Shown here in pieces: positions 55,940 through 64,000 of a stretch of 64,000 bases of DNA. Location of the stretch: positions 1 through 64,000 of IMG/VR virus record IMGVR_UViG_2974518997_000001. One strand, given 5' to 3'. A program made the translations under genes and the position numbers. This DNA comes from a virus. Taxonomy: Duplodnaviria > Caudoviricetes. Numbering within the stretch: position 1 is the first letter of the stretch; every line of letters begins with the position of its first letter. The notes beneath the pieces are model-generated. The model was not told where the DNA came from. It was given only the letters and a program-made list of their open reading frames with translations, and searched no databases.

Positions 55940-56182
55940 GTGGCCACGAAGAAGCGGACCCAGGTCCTCACCGTCGCGCAGCAGCGCGCACGTCGTGAGT
56001 CGACGCAGTTCATCCTGGCCCGGACCTCGAAGGGCCGGCCGACGCTGATGCACGCGCTCGGCGAGCACTACGGCGACAAGACCGTGTGCGGCCTCGAGGT
56101 GACCGGCTGGTCGCGGGCGTACAAGTCGGAGCCGATCAAGGAGATCCTGTGCGTGAAGTGCGGGAAGAGCGTGGGTGCGTGA
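55940..56182 (+). CDS. hypothetical Zn-binding protein
   Basis: AAGGAGG RBS; MH...VCG...CVKC. Confidence 0.75.
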   Translation: MATKKRTQVLTVAQQRARRESTQFILARTSKGRPTLMHALGEHYGDKTVCGLEVTGWSRAYKSEPIKEILCVKCGKSVGA

Positions 56183-56940
56183 TGGCTGTCAAATACCTCA
56201 TCGTCCGTATCGACACTGACGAAGCTGACGTGCTGACTCTGCCTCGGATCCGCGAAGCAGTTCACGCCGAGCCGAAAGGCACCGCAGACCTCGTGCTGAC
56301 GGAGAACCCGTGGGTTCCTCTGAGGATCCGCGGTCAGCGGGAGCAGGACTTTCAGGCGGTCGACGAGATCTTCACGAGGATCCTGAATCACGCTCGTGAG
56401 CAGATGAAGCTCACCAAGGAGGCTCGAGAGGCTCGGGCCCTCCGTCGGGAGGAGAAGCGTCGTCAGGCCCGTGAGGCGCACACCGGCAACGTGTTCACCA
56501 CCGGCGTCGAGTACGGGGTCACCTACACGGACCCGGAGCGGCCGGTGACGATGACGACCGACTGGGAGAAGGCGCTCGAGTCGCAGAGGTTCTACAACCG
56601 CATCGGCGAGGGCAAGTACGTCTCGCGGATCCTCGAGCGCACGCCGGGTGTCGCACCAGGTCAGTGGTCGCCGGCATCGGGTCCTGACGGGGACGCGGAT
56701 GGGGAGGATCCTGACGAGCCGGAGATTCCGGTGAAGCCGACGGCCTACTACCGCGCGTCGGACAACCCGTACGGCCACGGCACGATCGTCTTGCGCGAGC
56801 TGCTCGCTGACATCGGACCGGGCGTTCACGACATCACTCGCTGGAGCTATGACGGCGGCGCGCTGGTCATCGAGGCCCGAGAGATCGCAGCGCGAGACTC
56901 GATCCTCGAGCAGTACAGGAGGGCGACCGGCGGTGAGTGA
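56182..56940 (+). CDS. hypothetical protein
   Basis: TGATG coupling. Confidence 0.7.
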   Translation: MAVKYLIVRIDTDEADVLTLPRIREAVHAEPKGTADLVLTENPWVPLRIRGQREQDFQAVDEIFTRILNHAREQMKLTKEAREARALRREEKRRQAREAHTGNVFTTGVEYGVTYTDPERPVTMTTDWEKALESQRFYNRIGEGKYVSRILERTPGVAPGQWSPASGPDGDADGEDPDEPEIPVKPTAYYRASDNPYGHGTIVLRELLADIGPGVHDITRWSYDGGALVIEAREIAARDSILEQYRRATGGE

Positions 56941-57187
56941 TCACATGGAGTTCGACCGGTACGGCATGCCGATCGTCTGGGACGTGAACCAGCTCGGAGA
57001 GATCGAGCAGATGAGCTTTCCGATGCGATGCATGCGGTGCCAGCACGTGCACGACACTGCGAAGGTCGAAGTCGTCCAGCGCTACGCTGACTGCACGGTG
57101 TGGAAGTGCCCGCGGTGTGGCGCGCATATTGACGACCGGCCGATCGGCTGGGGAGGAAGCGCGGAACCGCTCAGTGCGGGCCGCTGA
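56933..57187 (+). CDS. Zn-ribbon hypothetical protein
   Basis: AGGAGG RBS; CMRC...KCPRCG. Confidence 0.7.
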   Translation: MSDHMEFDRYGMPIVWDVNQLGEIEQMSFPMRCMRCQHVHDTAKVEVVQRYADCTVWKCPRCGAHIDDRPIGWGGSAEPLSAGR

Positions 57188-57215
57188 CGAGTGATGGTGA
57201 TGGAGAGGAACTGAC

Positions 57216-59255
57216 GTGGCCGGTGGCGCACAGAATGACGGCAACAAGCCGGGAGGCCCGATTGTATGGGTCATGAACGACGAGGACTTCGAGAACCTCA
57301 TCGAGGCGATCCTCGTCGCTCAGAAGGTCGTGGTCGACCTCGAGACGACGGGCCTCGTGCCGTACGCGTGGACGGACGGTCCGCGCAACGGCGGCATCGC
57401 GGCGCGCGTGGCTCTGGCGTCGTACACCCTCCCGGATGCGACGCGTCCCGGCGGCGACGAGTGGGACGGCAAGGAGCCGACCACCTGGATCCTGCCGCTC
57501 TCCCACCCGGACAGCCCGTTCGTCGGCGTGTGGCGTCAGAAGTTCACCGAGACCCTGCAGGCGATGAAGCAGTCGCGTCGGCCGATCTCGAACGTGAACC
57601 TCAAGTTCGACGCGAAGTACTGGTGGTTCTCCTCCAAGATCGATCTCACGGATCAGCTCGCCTGGGACCCGCAGCTGTCGGGCCATCTGCTCGACGAGAA
57701 CGAGCCGCGCAGGCTCAAGGAGCGCGCTCCCAAGGTCTTCGGGATCGAGCGCTGGGACGACGTGGAGTTCGACCAGCCGGGTGCCGCGGAGCGCGCGGAT
57801 CTGTTCACCCTCGGGTTCTACGCCGCGCGGGACACGTACTGGACGTGGCGTCTGGAGATCCACGACCGGGCGCTGATGTACCTCGATCGCGACGAGGACT
57901 CGGACGACGAGCCGATGTTCCCGGACGAGATCCAGAACGCTCGTCTGGGCAAGCTGGCGACGTGGGTCACGATGCCGACGATGGCCGCGCTCACGCGCAT
58001 GGAGTCCCGCGGGTTCGCGATCGACCGGGACTGGATCCACGCGAAGATCGAGGAGGACGAGGCGATCAAGGCGGAGGGTCTCGAGCTCTTCCGTCAGCGC
58101 ACGAACATGCCGCACCGCGGGATGAGCATGGCTCCCACCTCTCTCTGGTTCATCGAGGCGATGAAGCACGCGGTCGAGGACGGGCTGATCAACGTGCAGG
58201 AGATCACCAAGGGCGGGAAGCCGTCGTGGGGCAAGAACGTGCTGGTCCGGCAGGAGCGTCTGTGGGACATCGCGAACCCGGGCCGCGAGTCGGAGAACTT
58301 CGCCGGTCAGATGCTCAAGACGAAGCAGGCCACGAAGCGCCTGGAGTTCCTGAAGAGCTGGCTGGTCTACGCCACGCGGGATGGGTTCATCCACGCGTCG
58401 TACAACATCGGCTCGGTGGTGACGGGACGTCTGTCCTCCTCGGAGCCGAACCTCCAGCAGGTCACGAAGAAACTCCGGCCGGCATACGTGCCTCGTCCGG
58501 GCTACGGGATCGCGGCGATCGACTACAGCCAGCTGGAGCTGCGCGTGGCGGCGTTCGTCTCTCGGAGCCCCACGATGATCCAGGCGTTCATCGACGGCAA
58601 GGACCTGCATCGCGAGCTGGCGGCGACGATCAACCACATCGCGCCGGACAAGGTCACCGATCTCCAGCGCACACAGGCGAAGGCCGGGAACTTCGGGCTC
58701 CTGTACCTGATGGGCGCGGCGGGCTTCCGGTCGTACGCGGAGAACGTCTACGGCGTCTCGCTGACGGAGGCGGAGGCCGTGGCGGTCTACCGCGCGTTCT
58801 TCAAGCAGTGGGAGGGCATGCACGAGTGGCACCAGCAGTCGATTGCTCGTCTGCACCGCGACGGCTACGTGACCAGCCCAATCGGCCGCGTGCGTCGTCT
58901 GCCGGACGTCCACTCGGGGATCGACAGCTTCGTCACGCGTGCCGAGCGCGCGGGCGTGAACGCTCCTGTGCAGGGCTTCGGCGCTGACTTGATGAACATG
59001 GCCACGGCGAGCATTATGGGGCTCCTGCCGGGCACCCAGCCCGTGCGCGGGGCGTTTCCGGTCAACACCGTGCACGACGAGGTCACGGTGGAGGTCGAAC
59101 TCGCGCACTGGGAAGAGATCGTAGCGGAGTGCCAGGACCGCATGACGAATCTGAACCCGTGGCTGAAGAAGATGGGCTGCGAGCTGGACGTTCCGCTCAA
59201 GGCCGACGCGACAGTGGGGACCCGCTGGTCGCTCAACGACATCGGAGAGATGTGA
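57216..59255 (+). CDS. polA: DNA polymerase, family A, with 3'-5' exonuclease
   Basis: VVDLETTG, YAARD, TGRLSSSEPNLQQV, IDYSQLELR, RTQAKAGNFGLLY, VHDE. Confidence 0.95.
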   Translation: MAGGAQNDGNKPGGPIVWVMNDEDFENLIEAILVAQKVVVDLETTGLVPYAWTDGPRNGGIAARVALASYTLPDATRPGGDEWDGKEPTTWILPLSHPDSPFVGVWRQKFTETLQAMKQSRRPISNVNLKFDAKYWWFSSKIDLTDQLAWDPQLSGHLLDENEPRRLKERAPKVFGIERWDDVEFDQPGAAERADLFTLGFYAARDTYWTWRLEIHDRALMYLDRDEDSDDEPMFPDEIQNARLGKLATWVTMPTMAALTRMESRGFAIDRDWIHAKIEEDEAIKAEGLELFRQRTNMPHRGMSMAPTSLWFIEAMKHAVEDGLINVQEITKGGKPSWGKNVLVRQERLWDIANPGRESENFAGQMLKTKQATKRLEFLKSWLVYATRDGFIHASYNIGSVVTGRLSSSEPNLQQVTKKLRPAYVPRPGYGIAAIDYSQLELRVAAFVSRSPTMIQAFIDGKDLHRELAATINHIAPDKVTDLQRTQAKAGNFGLLYLMGAAGFRSYAENVYGVSLTEAEAVAVYRAFFKQWEGMHEWHQQSIARLHRDGYVTSPIGRVRRLPDVHSGIDSFVTRAERAGVNAPVQGFGADLMNMATASIMGLLPGTQPVRGAFPVNTVHDEVTVEVELAHWEEIVAECQDRMTNLNPWLKKMGCELDVPLKADATVGTRWSLNDIGEM

Positions 59256-59494
59256 TGGACGCAGACGAGTACCAGCGACGCCTGGAAGAGATGCGACGCA
59301 AGCACGCCGCTCAGCGGGAAGCTATGGCGCGCCGTCACCAGGAGGAGAAGGTCGATCAGGCGGTCGACGAGGCACTGGAGACACAGACTCCGCTCGAGCT
59401 CTTGCTCCTGACGGACGTGGCCCTGTTCTTCTCGTTCTCGATCATCATCAAGCTGCTGAGAGACTTCCCACGGCCGGATGACAACAACTTGTAG
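59255..59494 (+). CDS. hypothetical protein with C-terminal TM
   Basis: TGATG coupling. Confidence 0.65.
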   Translation: MDADEYQRRLEEMRRKHAAQREAMARRHQEEKVDQAVDEALETQTPLELLLLTDVALFFSFSIIIKLLRDFPRPDDNNL

Positions 59495-59598
59495 CACGAC
59501 CAGCTATCCTGAACGTAGACGTCGCAGATGAGCGCTGACAGCCTCGGAGCACGTCGCCAGACACCAAGACCAGAGGGGCAGGAAGGAGGAAAGAAGAA

Positions 59599-60003
59599 AT
59601 GCAGTCACAGACACCCCAGGCGGGAGCCGGCGGAACAGCCAGCAGCACGAAGACGAAGCCGCATTCGGTCCGCACCACGGAGAGCCTCTGGCTCTCTGCG
59701 AAGCGCCGCGCCGACAGCGAGAACGTCACCATGGGATTCATGATCACGGAGATGATGGACGGCTATGCGCGCGGGTTCATGGACCTGCCCAAGAGCGCAG
59801 CACCCACCAGCACCGCGAAGCGCGAGCCGAAGCACTCGGTCCGCACGACCGATCAGCTGTGGGCCAGCGCCCAGCGCCGCGCACGCTCGGAAGGCATCAC
59901 GATGAACGACGTCGTGGAAGGCATCCTGAGCGGCTACACCCGCGGATTGATGAACCTGCCCAAGGTGACGAAGACCTTCGTCGCCACCAAGCGCGCTGAC
60001 TGA
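59599..60003 (+). CDS. tandem ribbon-helix-helix DNA-binding protein
   Basis: two HSVRTT..LW.SA.RRA.SE..TM...GY.RG.M.LPK repeats; AGGAGG RBS. Confidence 0.75.
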   Translation: MQSQTPQAGAGGTASSTKTKPHSVRTTESLWLSAKRRADSENVTMGFMITEMMDGYARGFMDLPKSAAPTSTAKREPKHSVRTTDQLWASAQRRARSEGITMNDVVEGILSGYTRGLMNLPKVTKTFVATKRAD

Positions 60004-60018
60004 CCGTCAGCCTCAACC

Positions 60019-60116
60019 ACTGCCAGCGGACTCCGGGAGATGAGCCCGGCTCTGCGTCTCTTTCGGGGACGGACGAGCGCACACACAACGCGGAGGACCT
60101 GTCGTCCGCTGGCAGT
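60019..60116 (+). ncRNA. candidate multibranch structured RNA
   Basis: perfect 13-bp closing helix actgccagcggac/gtccgctggcagt enclosing internal hairpins; strand is a guess. Confidence 0.4.
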
Positions 60117-60142
60117 CTCATTCAGATAGACGCATACACAGA

Positions 60143-60175
60143 AGCAGGGCCCCGTTGACGCGACGGGGCCCTGCT
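60143..60175. terminator. strong stem-loop
   Basis: agcagggccccgt-tgacgcg-acggggccctgct. Confidence 0.6.
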
Positions 60176-60200
60176 GTTGAGAAGAAGAGGATGGTGCCTC

Positions 60201-62540
60201 ATGACACAGGATACAGGGAACACGCCGGCCAGCGTATCGGCGGCGTTGGAGGCGGTGAAGCGGGGGTACTCGCCGATCCCGATCTTCAGCCGGGACAAGA
60301 AGCCTGCGCTCGCGAACTGGACGAAAGGCGTCGGCACGGTCGACCCGGCGGAGGTCGCGCAGATCTTCACGGAGAGGGCCACGCAGGATCCGATCGCGGA
60401 GAACATCGGTCTGCTGCTGGGAGCCCCGTCAGGCGGTCTGATCGACGTCGACCTGGACCACCCCAAGACTCGGCGGCTGAAGGATCACTTTCTCCCGCGG
60501 ACCGCGATGCGATCGGGACGCGCGGGCCGGCCAGGCTCGCACTACTGGTTCGTGGCGGAAGAGGGCACGCTGCAGGGCTACCGCAAGTACACGATGCCCA
60601 AGAAGCCGGACGGACGTCAGGGCGACGTGATCGTCGAGTACCGGTCCACCGGAGGCCAGTCGGTGATCCCGCCCAGCATCCACCCCTCGGGCGAGGACTA
60701 CCGCTGGGAGGGTGACCCGTGGGGCGGCGAACGCGGCGCGCAGATCATCCACGGCCGCAAGCTCTCGGTGCAGGTGGCCACGCTCGCGCTGGCGACGGTG
60801 CTGCTGGATCAGTGGCCGACGCAGGGCAGCCGGCATGATGCGTATCTCGCTCTCGCCGGCGGCCTGCTCTGGTTCGGTGAGCGCAACGTCCACCCGTTCT
60901 GGGGCGACAACGGCGGGGCGAACACTCGGGTCCTGATCCGCGCGCTGGCGGAGGCGACTCTGGATGAGGACGGTCCGGACTCGCGTGAAGCAGAGGTCAT
61001 GAAGACCACGCTGAACCGGATCTACGACGGCCGCATGACCGCCGGCTTCCCCAAGCTCGCGGAGATCATCGGCGACCGGCACGTGAAGCAGGCGCGGAGC
61101 CTGATCGCGGAGGTCGAGCAGCTGGCGGGCTACCAGTCGCGTCAGGCTCCGGAGATCGACCGCGACATGGACCATGAGCTTACGCTCACCGCGGCGGAGG
61201 TCTCTGAGCTTCCCATGGAGGAGCGCGATCCGCTGATGGAGCGGGTGGGCACGTGGCAGTCGGTGGACCTCGAGCCGTACCTCTCGGGAGCCATCAAGCC
61301 GGTGGACCCGGAGCTGTTGGAACGCTCGGACTCGACGCTGCAGGACCCCAAGTTCCTGATGTACCCGGGCCGCGTGAACATGCTCTACGGCTCCTCGGAG
61401 TCGGCGAAGAGCTGGATCGCGCTGTACCTGACCAAGGAGGTCATCCGGAACGGCCAGCGCGTGATGTACCTCGACCTGGAGGACGACCCGGTCAATACCC
61501 TGAGCCGTCTGCAGCTGCTCGGGCTGACGCGTGACGACTTCCAGGGCGGCATGTTCCGCTACATCCGGCCGGAGGACCCGCTGGCACCCATGCAGCGCAA
61601 CCGCTGGGGCAAGGCGGAGGAGACCTCGGCCGGACGCGAGAACCAGGAGCTGTTTGAGCGGGAGCTGAATGAGCATGAGCCGTCGCTGATCGTGGCGGAC
61701 GGTATGAGCGTGCTCTACGGTCTGCACGGGCTGAACACCAACGACACGGTGGACACGGACGTCATCACCGGCTGGATGAAGAAGCTCACCCGCGGCGGGA
61801 AGACGACGGTGGTCATCATCGACCACACCGGCAAGGGCTCTGAGCGCGGGTCCCTCCCCATCGGCAGCCAGCACAAGGTCTCCATGGTCCAGGGCACCCT
61901 GCTGCAGGTGTGGCCCACGCGTCAGCCGATGCCGGGAGCCCTCGGGACCGTGGAGCTGATCGTGCTGAAGGATCGCCCCGGCCAGGTGCGCAAGATCGCG
62001 GCGGTCGGCAACGGCGGCAAGGCTCAGCAGGTGGCCAAGGTGACGCTGGACTCTCGGACGCCGGGAGCGACGTACATCACGATCGATCCGCCCACGCCGC
62101 CCGTGCAGGTGGCCGCCTCGGGTCAGCTGGACCTGCAGCGCTCACTGGACGCGGAGAAGGCGGAGAAGCTCAGCAACGCCAAGGACGCGATCATCTACAA
62201 GGTGTTCCGCGGCGACGACAAGGTGGAGCTGACCGCTTTGCAGATCTCGGAGCGGCTGTCGCGCGTGGAGGACCTCACGCCGGAGGAGCGGGAGATGCGT
62301 CGGGCGAAGAACGGGCAGTGGTCCGGCTGGGGTGCCAAGGCGCTGAAGAACCTCGTGGAGGGCGACAAGTGGCTGGAGCAGCTGGGGACGACCAAGGACC
62401 GTCGCTACCGGCTGAAGATCAAGGTGGAGGTGCCCAACGTGGACTTCTCGGTCGACTCCACCAGCACGGACTCTCCCACGGTGTCGCTGGACGCGAGCTC
62501 TCCTCTCGGGCCGGTCATGACCGTGGATGATGACGACTGA
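60201..62540 (+). CDS. bifunctional primase-polymerase / AAA (RecA-like) helicase
   Basis: Prim-Pol ENIGL...LIDVDLD, SHYWF, SVIPPSIHPSGEDYRW; P-loop YGSSESAKS, YLDLED, IVADG, IDH. Confidence 0.85.
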   Translation: MTQDTGNTPASVSAALEAVKRGYSPIPIFSRDKKPALANWTKGVGTVDPAEVAQIFTERATQDPIAENIGLLLGAPSGGLIDVDLDHPKTRRLKDHFLPRTAMRSGRAGRPGSHYWFVAEEGTLQGYRKYTMPKKPDGRQGDVIVEYRSTGGQSVIPPSIHPSGEDYRWEGDPWGGERGAQIIHGRKLSVQVATLALATVLLDQWPTQGSRHDAYLALAGGLLWFGERNVHPFWGDNGGANTRVLIRALAEATLDEDGPDSREAEVMKTTLNRIYDGRMTAGFPKLAEIIGDRHVKQARSLIAEVEQLAGYQSRQAPEIDRDMDHELTLTAAEVSELPMEERDPLMERVGTWQSVDLEPYLSGAIKPVDPELLERSDSTLQDPKFLMYPGRVNMLYGSSESAKSWIALYLTKEVIRNGQRVMYLDLEDDPVNTLSRLQLLGLTRDDFQGGMFRYIRPEDPLAPMQRNRWGKAEETSAGRENQELFERELNEHEPSLIVADGMSVLYGLHGLNTNDTVDTDVITGWMKKLTRGGKTTVVIIDHTGKGSERGSLPIGSQHKVSMVQGTLLQVWPTRQPMPGALGTVELIVLKDRPGQVRKIAAVGNGGKAQQVAKVTLDSRTPGATYITIDPPTPPVQVAASGQLDLQRSLDAEKAEKLSNAKDAIIYKVFRGDDKVELTALQISERLSRVEDLTPEEREMRRAKNGQWSGWGAKALKNLVEGDKWLEQLGTTKDRRYRLKIKVEVPNVDFSVDSTSTDSPTVSLDASSPLGPVMTVDDDD

Positions 62541-62572
62541 GTCGCCTCGGTAGCACGCTGAGAATAGGGCCG

Positions 62573-62650
62573 CTGAATACTCAGAGCACGGATAGCCCAA
62601 TTCTCCTGAATTCTCAGAGCACGGAATGCTGGATTCTCCTGAATTCTCAG
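62573..62650 (+). repeat. three 33-bp-period iteron-like repeats, putative replication origin
   Basis: CTGAAT(A/T)CTCAG at 62573, 62606, 62639 in the non-coding gap after the primase/helicase. Confidence 0.7.
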
Positions 62651-62749
62651 GCGGTCTGAGAACGGTCGTGCGTGCTACTTTCCACATGGGGAGAACCTGT
62701 GGACAACTCGTTCGTATCACTCCGGTCTGCGCTCTCATGTGTGCGCGGG

Positions 62750-62830
62750 TCTTCATTCATTCATTTACTCATTTAGGCGTGTGGGGCCCTTCGGGCCCCA
62801 CACCTCAAAAGAGCAAGTGAAGGAAAGAAG
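62750..62830. repeat. long imperfect pyrimidine-arm/purine-arm inverted repeat C
   Basis: cttcattcattcatttactcattt...gtgtggggccc-ttc-gggccccacac...aaaagagcaagtgaaggaaagaag. Confidence 0.75.
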
Positions 62831-62921
62831 TCCCACACTCTCATGAGAGCGCCGATAGTCAGATACCGGTAGATCACATCAGAATTGGTTCTGACGAATT
62901 CCCAGAATTGGACGTCATCCG

Positions 62922-62956
62922 TGCTACACTTGTACTACAGGAACGAAGGGCGTTCC
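62922..62956 (+). promoter_or_regulatory. extended -10 promoter plus AAGGG hairpin, copy 5
   Basis: TGCTACACT 62922-62930; ggaacg-AAGGG-cgttcc 62940-62956. Confidence 0.75.
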
Positions 62957-62973
62957 GGGTAGGGAAGAACACC

Positions 62974-63198
62974 ATGGCACTGGATCTGCAGGGATCAGCG
63001 ACATCGCTCAAGAAGCGCGAGAAGGGCAAGCGCATCAAGTGCTCCGACTGCGGCGAGACGGTGAAGCTGAAGAAGGAGATGGTGGAGCAGGACGGGAAGA
63101 AGTACCACCTCGTCTGCGCCGGATTCATCCACGCTCCGAAGCTCGCACCCTGCCCCGACTGCTTCATGGTCGCCCCGTGCTTCTGCGTTGGGACCTGA
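62974..63198 (+). CDS. small Zn-finger protein
   Basis: CSDCG...HLVC...CPDCF...CFC. Confidence 0.7.
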   Translation: MALDLQGSATSLKKREKGKRIKCSDCGETVKLKKEMVEQDGKKYHLVCAGFIHAPKLAPCPDCFMVAPCFCVGT

Positions 63199-63199
63199 G

Positions 63200-63808
63200 A
63201 TGACCGAGAACACGCCGCTCACGTCCGAGACGTATCAGCGAGCCCGTGGCTTCCGTTTCGGTCCCACGAAGCTCGATCCCGACTTCACCGAGGCGGAGGT
63301 CATGAGGATCATCGACCGCTACCGCGCCGCATTCCCACAGCTCATGCAGTACTCGACCGTCCAGGAGGACACCATGAACGACATCACCGAAGGCAGCTAC
63401 CCCGAAGGCCACGACGACATCACCGAGGACGCGACAGCGCCGACGAAGCTCACCCTCGACTCGATCGTGCTGGCGGGGCACACCTACAACGGCCCGATCG
63501 AGTTGGAGCTGACGCGCTACCTTGACCCGGATGCCGGCACCGCGATCATCCTCGTCACCCGGGAGAACGGCTACCCGGACCTGCTGAGCAAGGTCACGAT
63601 CAACCTCGGCCAGTACGGCAGCTATCCGCGGCCCGGCTGCGTCTTCGTCAAGGACTACTCCGAGAGCGCGGGCATGATGGCCGCGATGGAGGCCGCCGGC
63701 TGGATGAAGCCCACGGGCCGCTGGTTCCAGGCCGGGTTCGTCGAGGTGCCGGAGGCAGAACTCACCGGCGACCTCGAGCGTCTCTGGAAGGCAGGGCAGA
63801 CGGCATGA
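63200..63808 (+). CDS. DUF4313-like protein (alternative start 63374)
   Basis: VTINL...VFVKDYSE..G...PTGR...GFVEVP; AGGAGG RBS before ATG 63374. Confidence 0.65.
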   Translation: MTENTPLTSETYQRARGFRFGPTKLDPDFTEAEVMRIIDRYRAAFPQLMQYSTVQEDTMNDITEGSYPEGHDDITEDATAPTKLTLDSIVLAGHTYNGPIELELTRYLDPDAGTAIILVTRENGYPDLLSKVTINLGQYGSYPRPGCVFVKDYSESAGMMAAMEAAGWMKPTGRWFQAGFVEVPEAELTGDLERLWKAGQTA

Positions 63809-64000
63809 CCACGAGCTACTACTCCCAGTACCTCGGAGCCGAGTGGCTTCGTAAGCACCTGGAGGCCGCAGGCTTCGAGGTCACGGCTCTCGAGCTGAAC
63901 CGCAGCCGCTGGACCGAGAGGGAGACTCTCGACAAGCTGGTAGAGAACGGAAACCTCGACTACGGGTTCTCGTTCCACGTCGACGCGAAGATCCAGATCG
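63805..64000 (+). CDS. hypothetical protein, truncated by window end
   Basis: ATGA overlap, open to the edge. Confidence 0.6.
   Translation, partial: MTTSYYSQYLGAEWLRKHLEAAGFEVTALELNRSRWTERETLDKLVENGNLDYGFSFHVDAKIQI

Noticed and set aside
60019-60116. tRNA or hammerhead ribozyme
   Set aside because: No TTCRA T-loop or CCA geometry; no CUGANGA/GAAA core.
61389-61412. Walker A GSSESAKS as evidence of an inactive helicase
   Set aside because: Catalytic K-S and Walker B-like residues are retained; AKS variants are functional in other P-loop NTPases.
62670-62690. GTGCTACTTT, and reverse-strand GTAGCAC hits near 4304, 14350, 19297, 59491 and 62550, as further AAGGG-hairpin promoters
   Set aside because: None has the downstream AAGGG hairpin. 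The one near 19297 (minus-strand TGCTACGAT) could be an antisense promoter but has no further support.

Overview
A 64-kb segment of a high-GC, long-tailed actinobacteriophage (siphovirus) genome. It starts exactly at an ATG, consistent with a circularly permuted genome numbered from gene 1. The host is probably a non-mycolate Actinobacterium such as Microbacterium; this is inferred from the gene content, an M15-type peptidase endolysin and no recognisable lysin B. Gene order: three ParB/Srx-N genes, an HTH protein and the terminase; a ~15-kb block of about 40 small non-structural genes (including an ATP-dependent DNA ligase and an Orn-like exonuclease) between terminase and portal; portal, MuF-like protein, a very large maturation protease, major capsid hexamer and pentamer proteins; tail genes with two promoter-gene-terminator cassettes inserted; a -1 frameshifted tail chaperone, tape measure and FN3 minor tails; lysis cassette; three leftward genes; DNA polymerase A, a tandem RHH protein, a Prim-Pol/helicase and a likely origin. 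No integrase, tRNA or CRISPR was seen. Most notable observations: (1) five extended -10 promoters, each followed by a hairpin with an invariant AAGGG loop but different stem sequences; (2) a portal fused to a 2H-phosphoesterase (Acb1/LigT-like) domain; (3) an accessory protein carrying a copy of the capsid LVASGGWCAPSE motif; (4) a protease that looks like a polyprotein with F-(A/T)-Y-delimited modules; (5) a 23-bp repeat at the starts of three consecutive mini-genes; (6) a recurring 13-bp palindrome; (7) three pyrimidine/purine-armed long hairpins and a candidate structured ncRNA. Family assignments come from motif recognition, not database searches.
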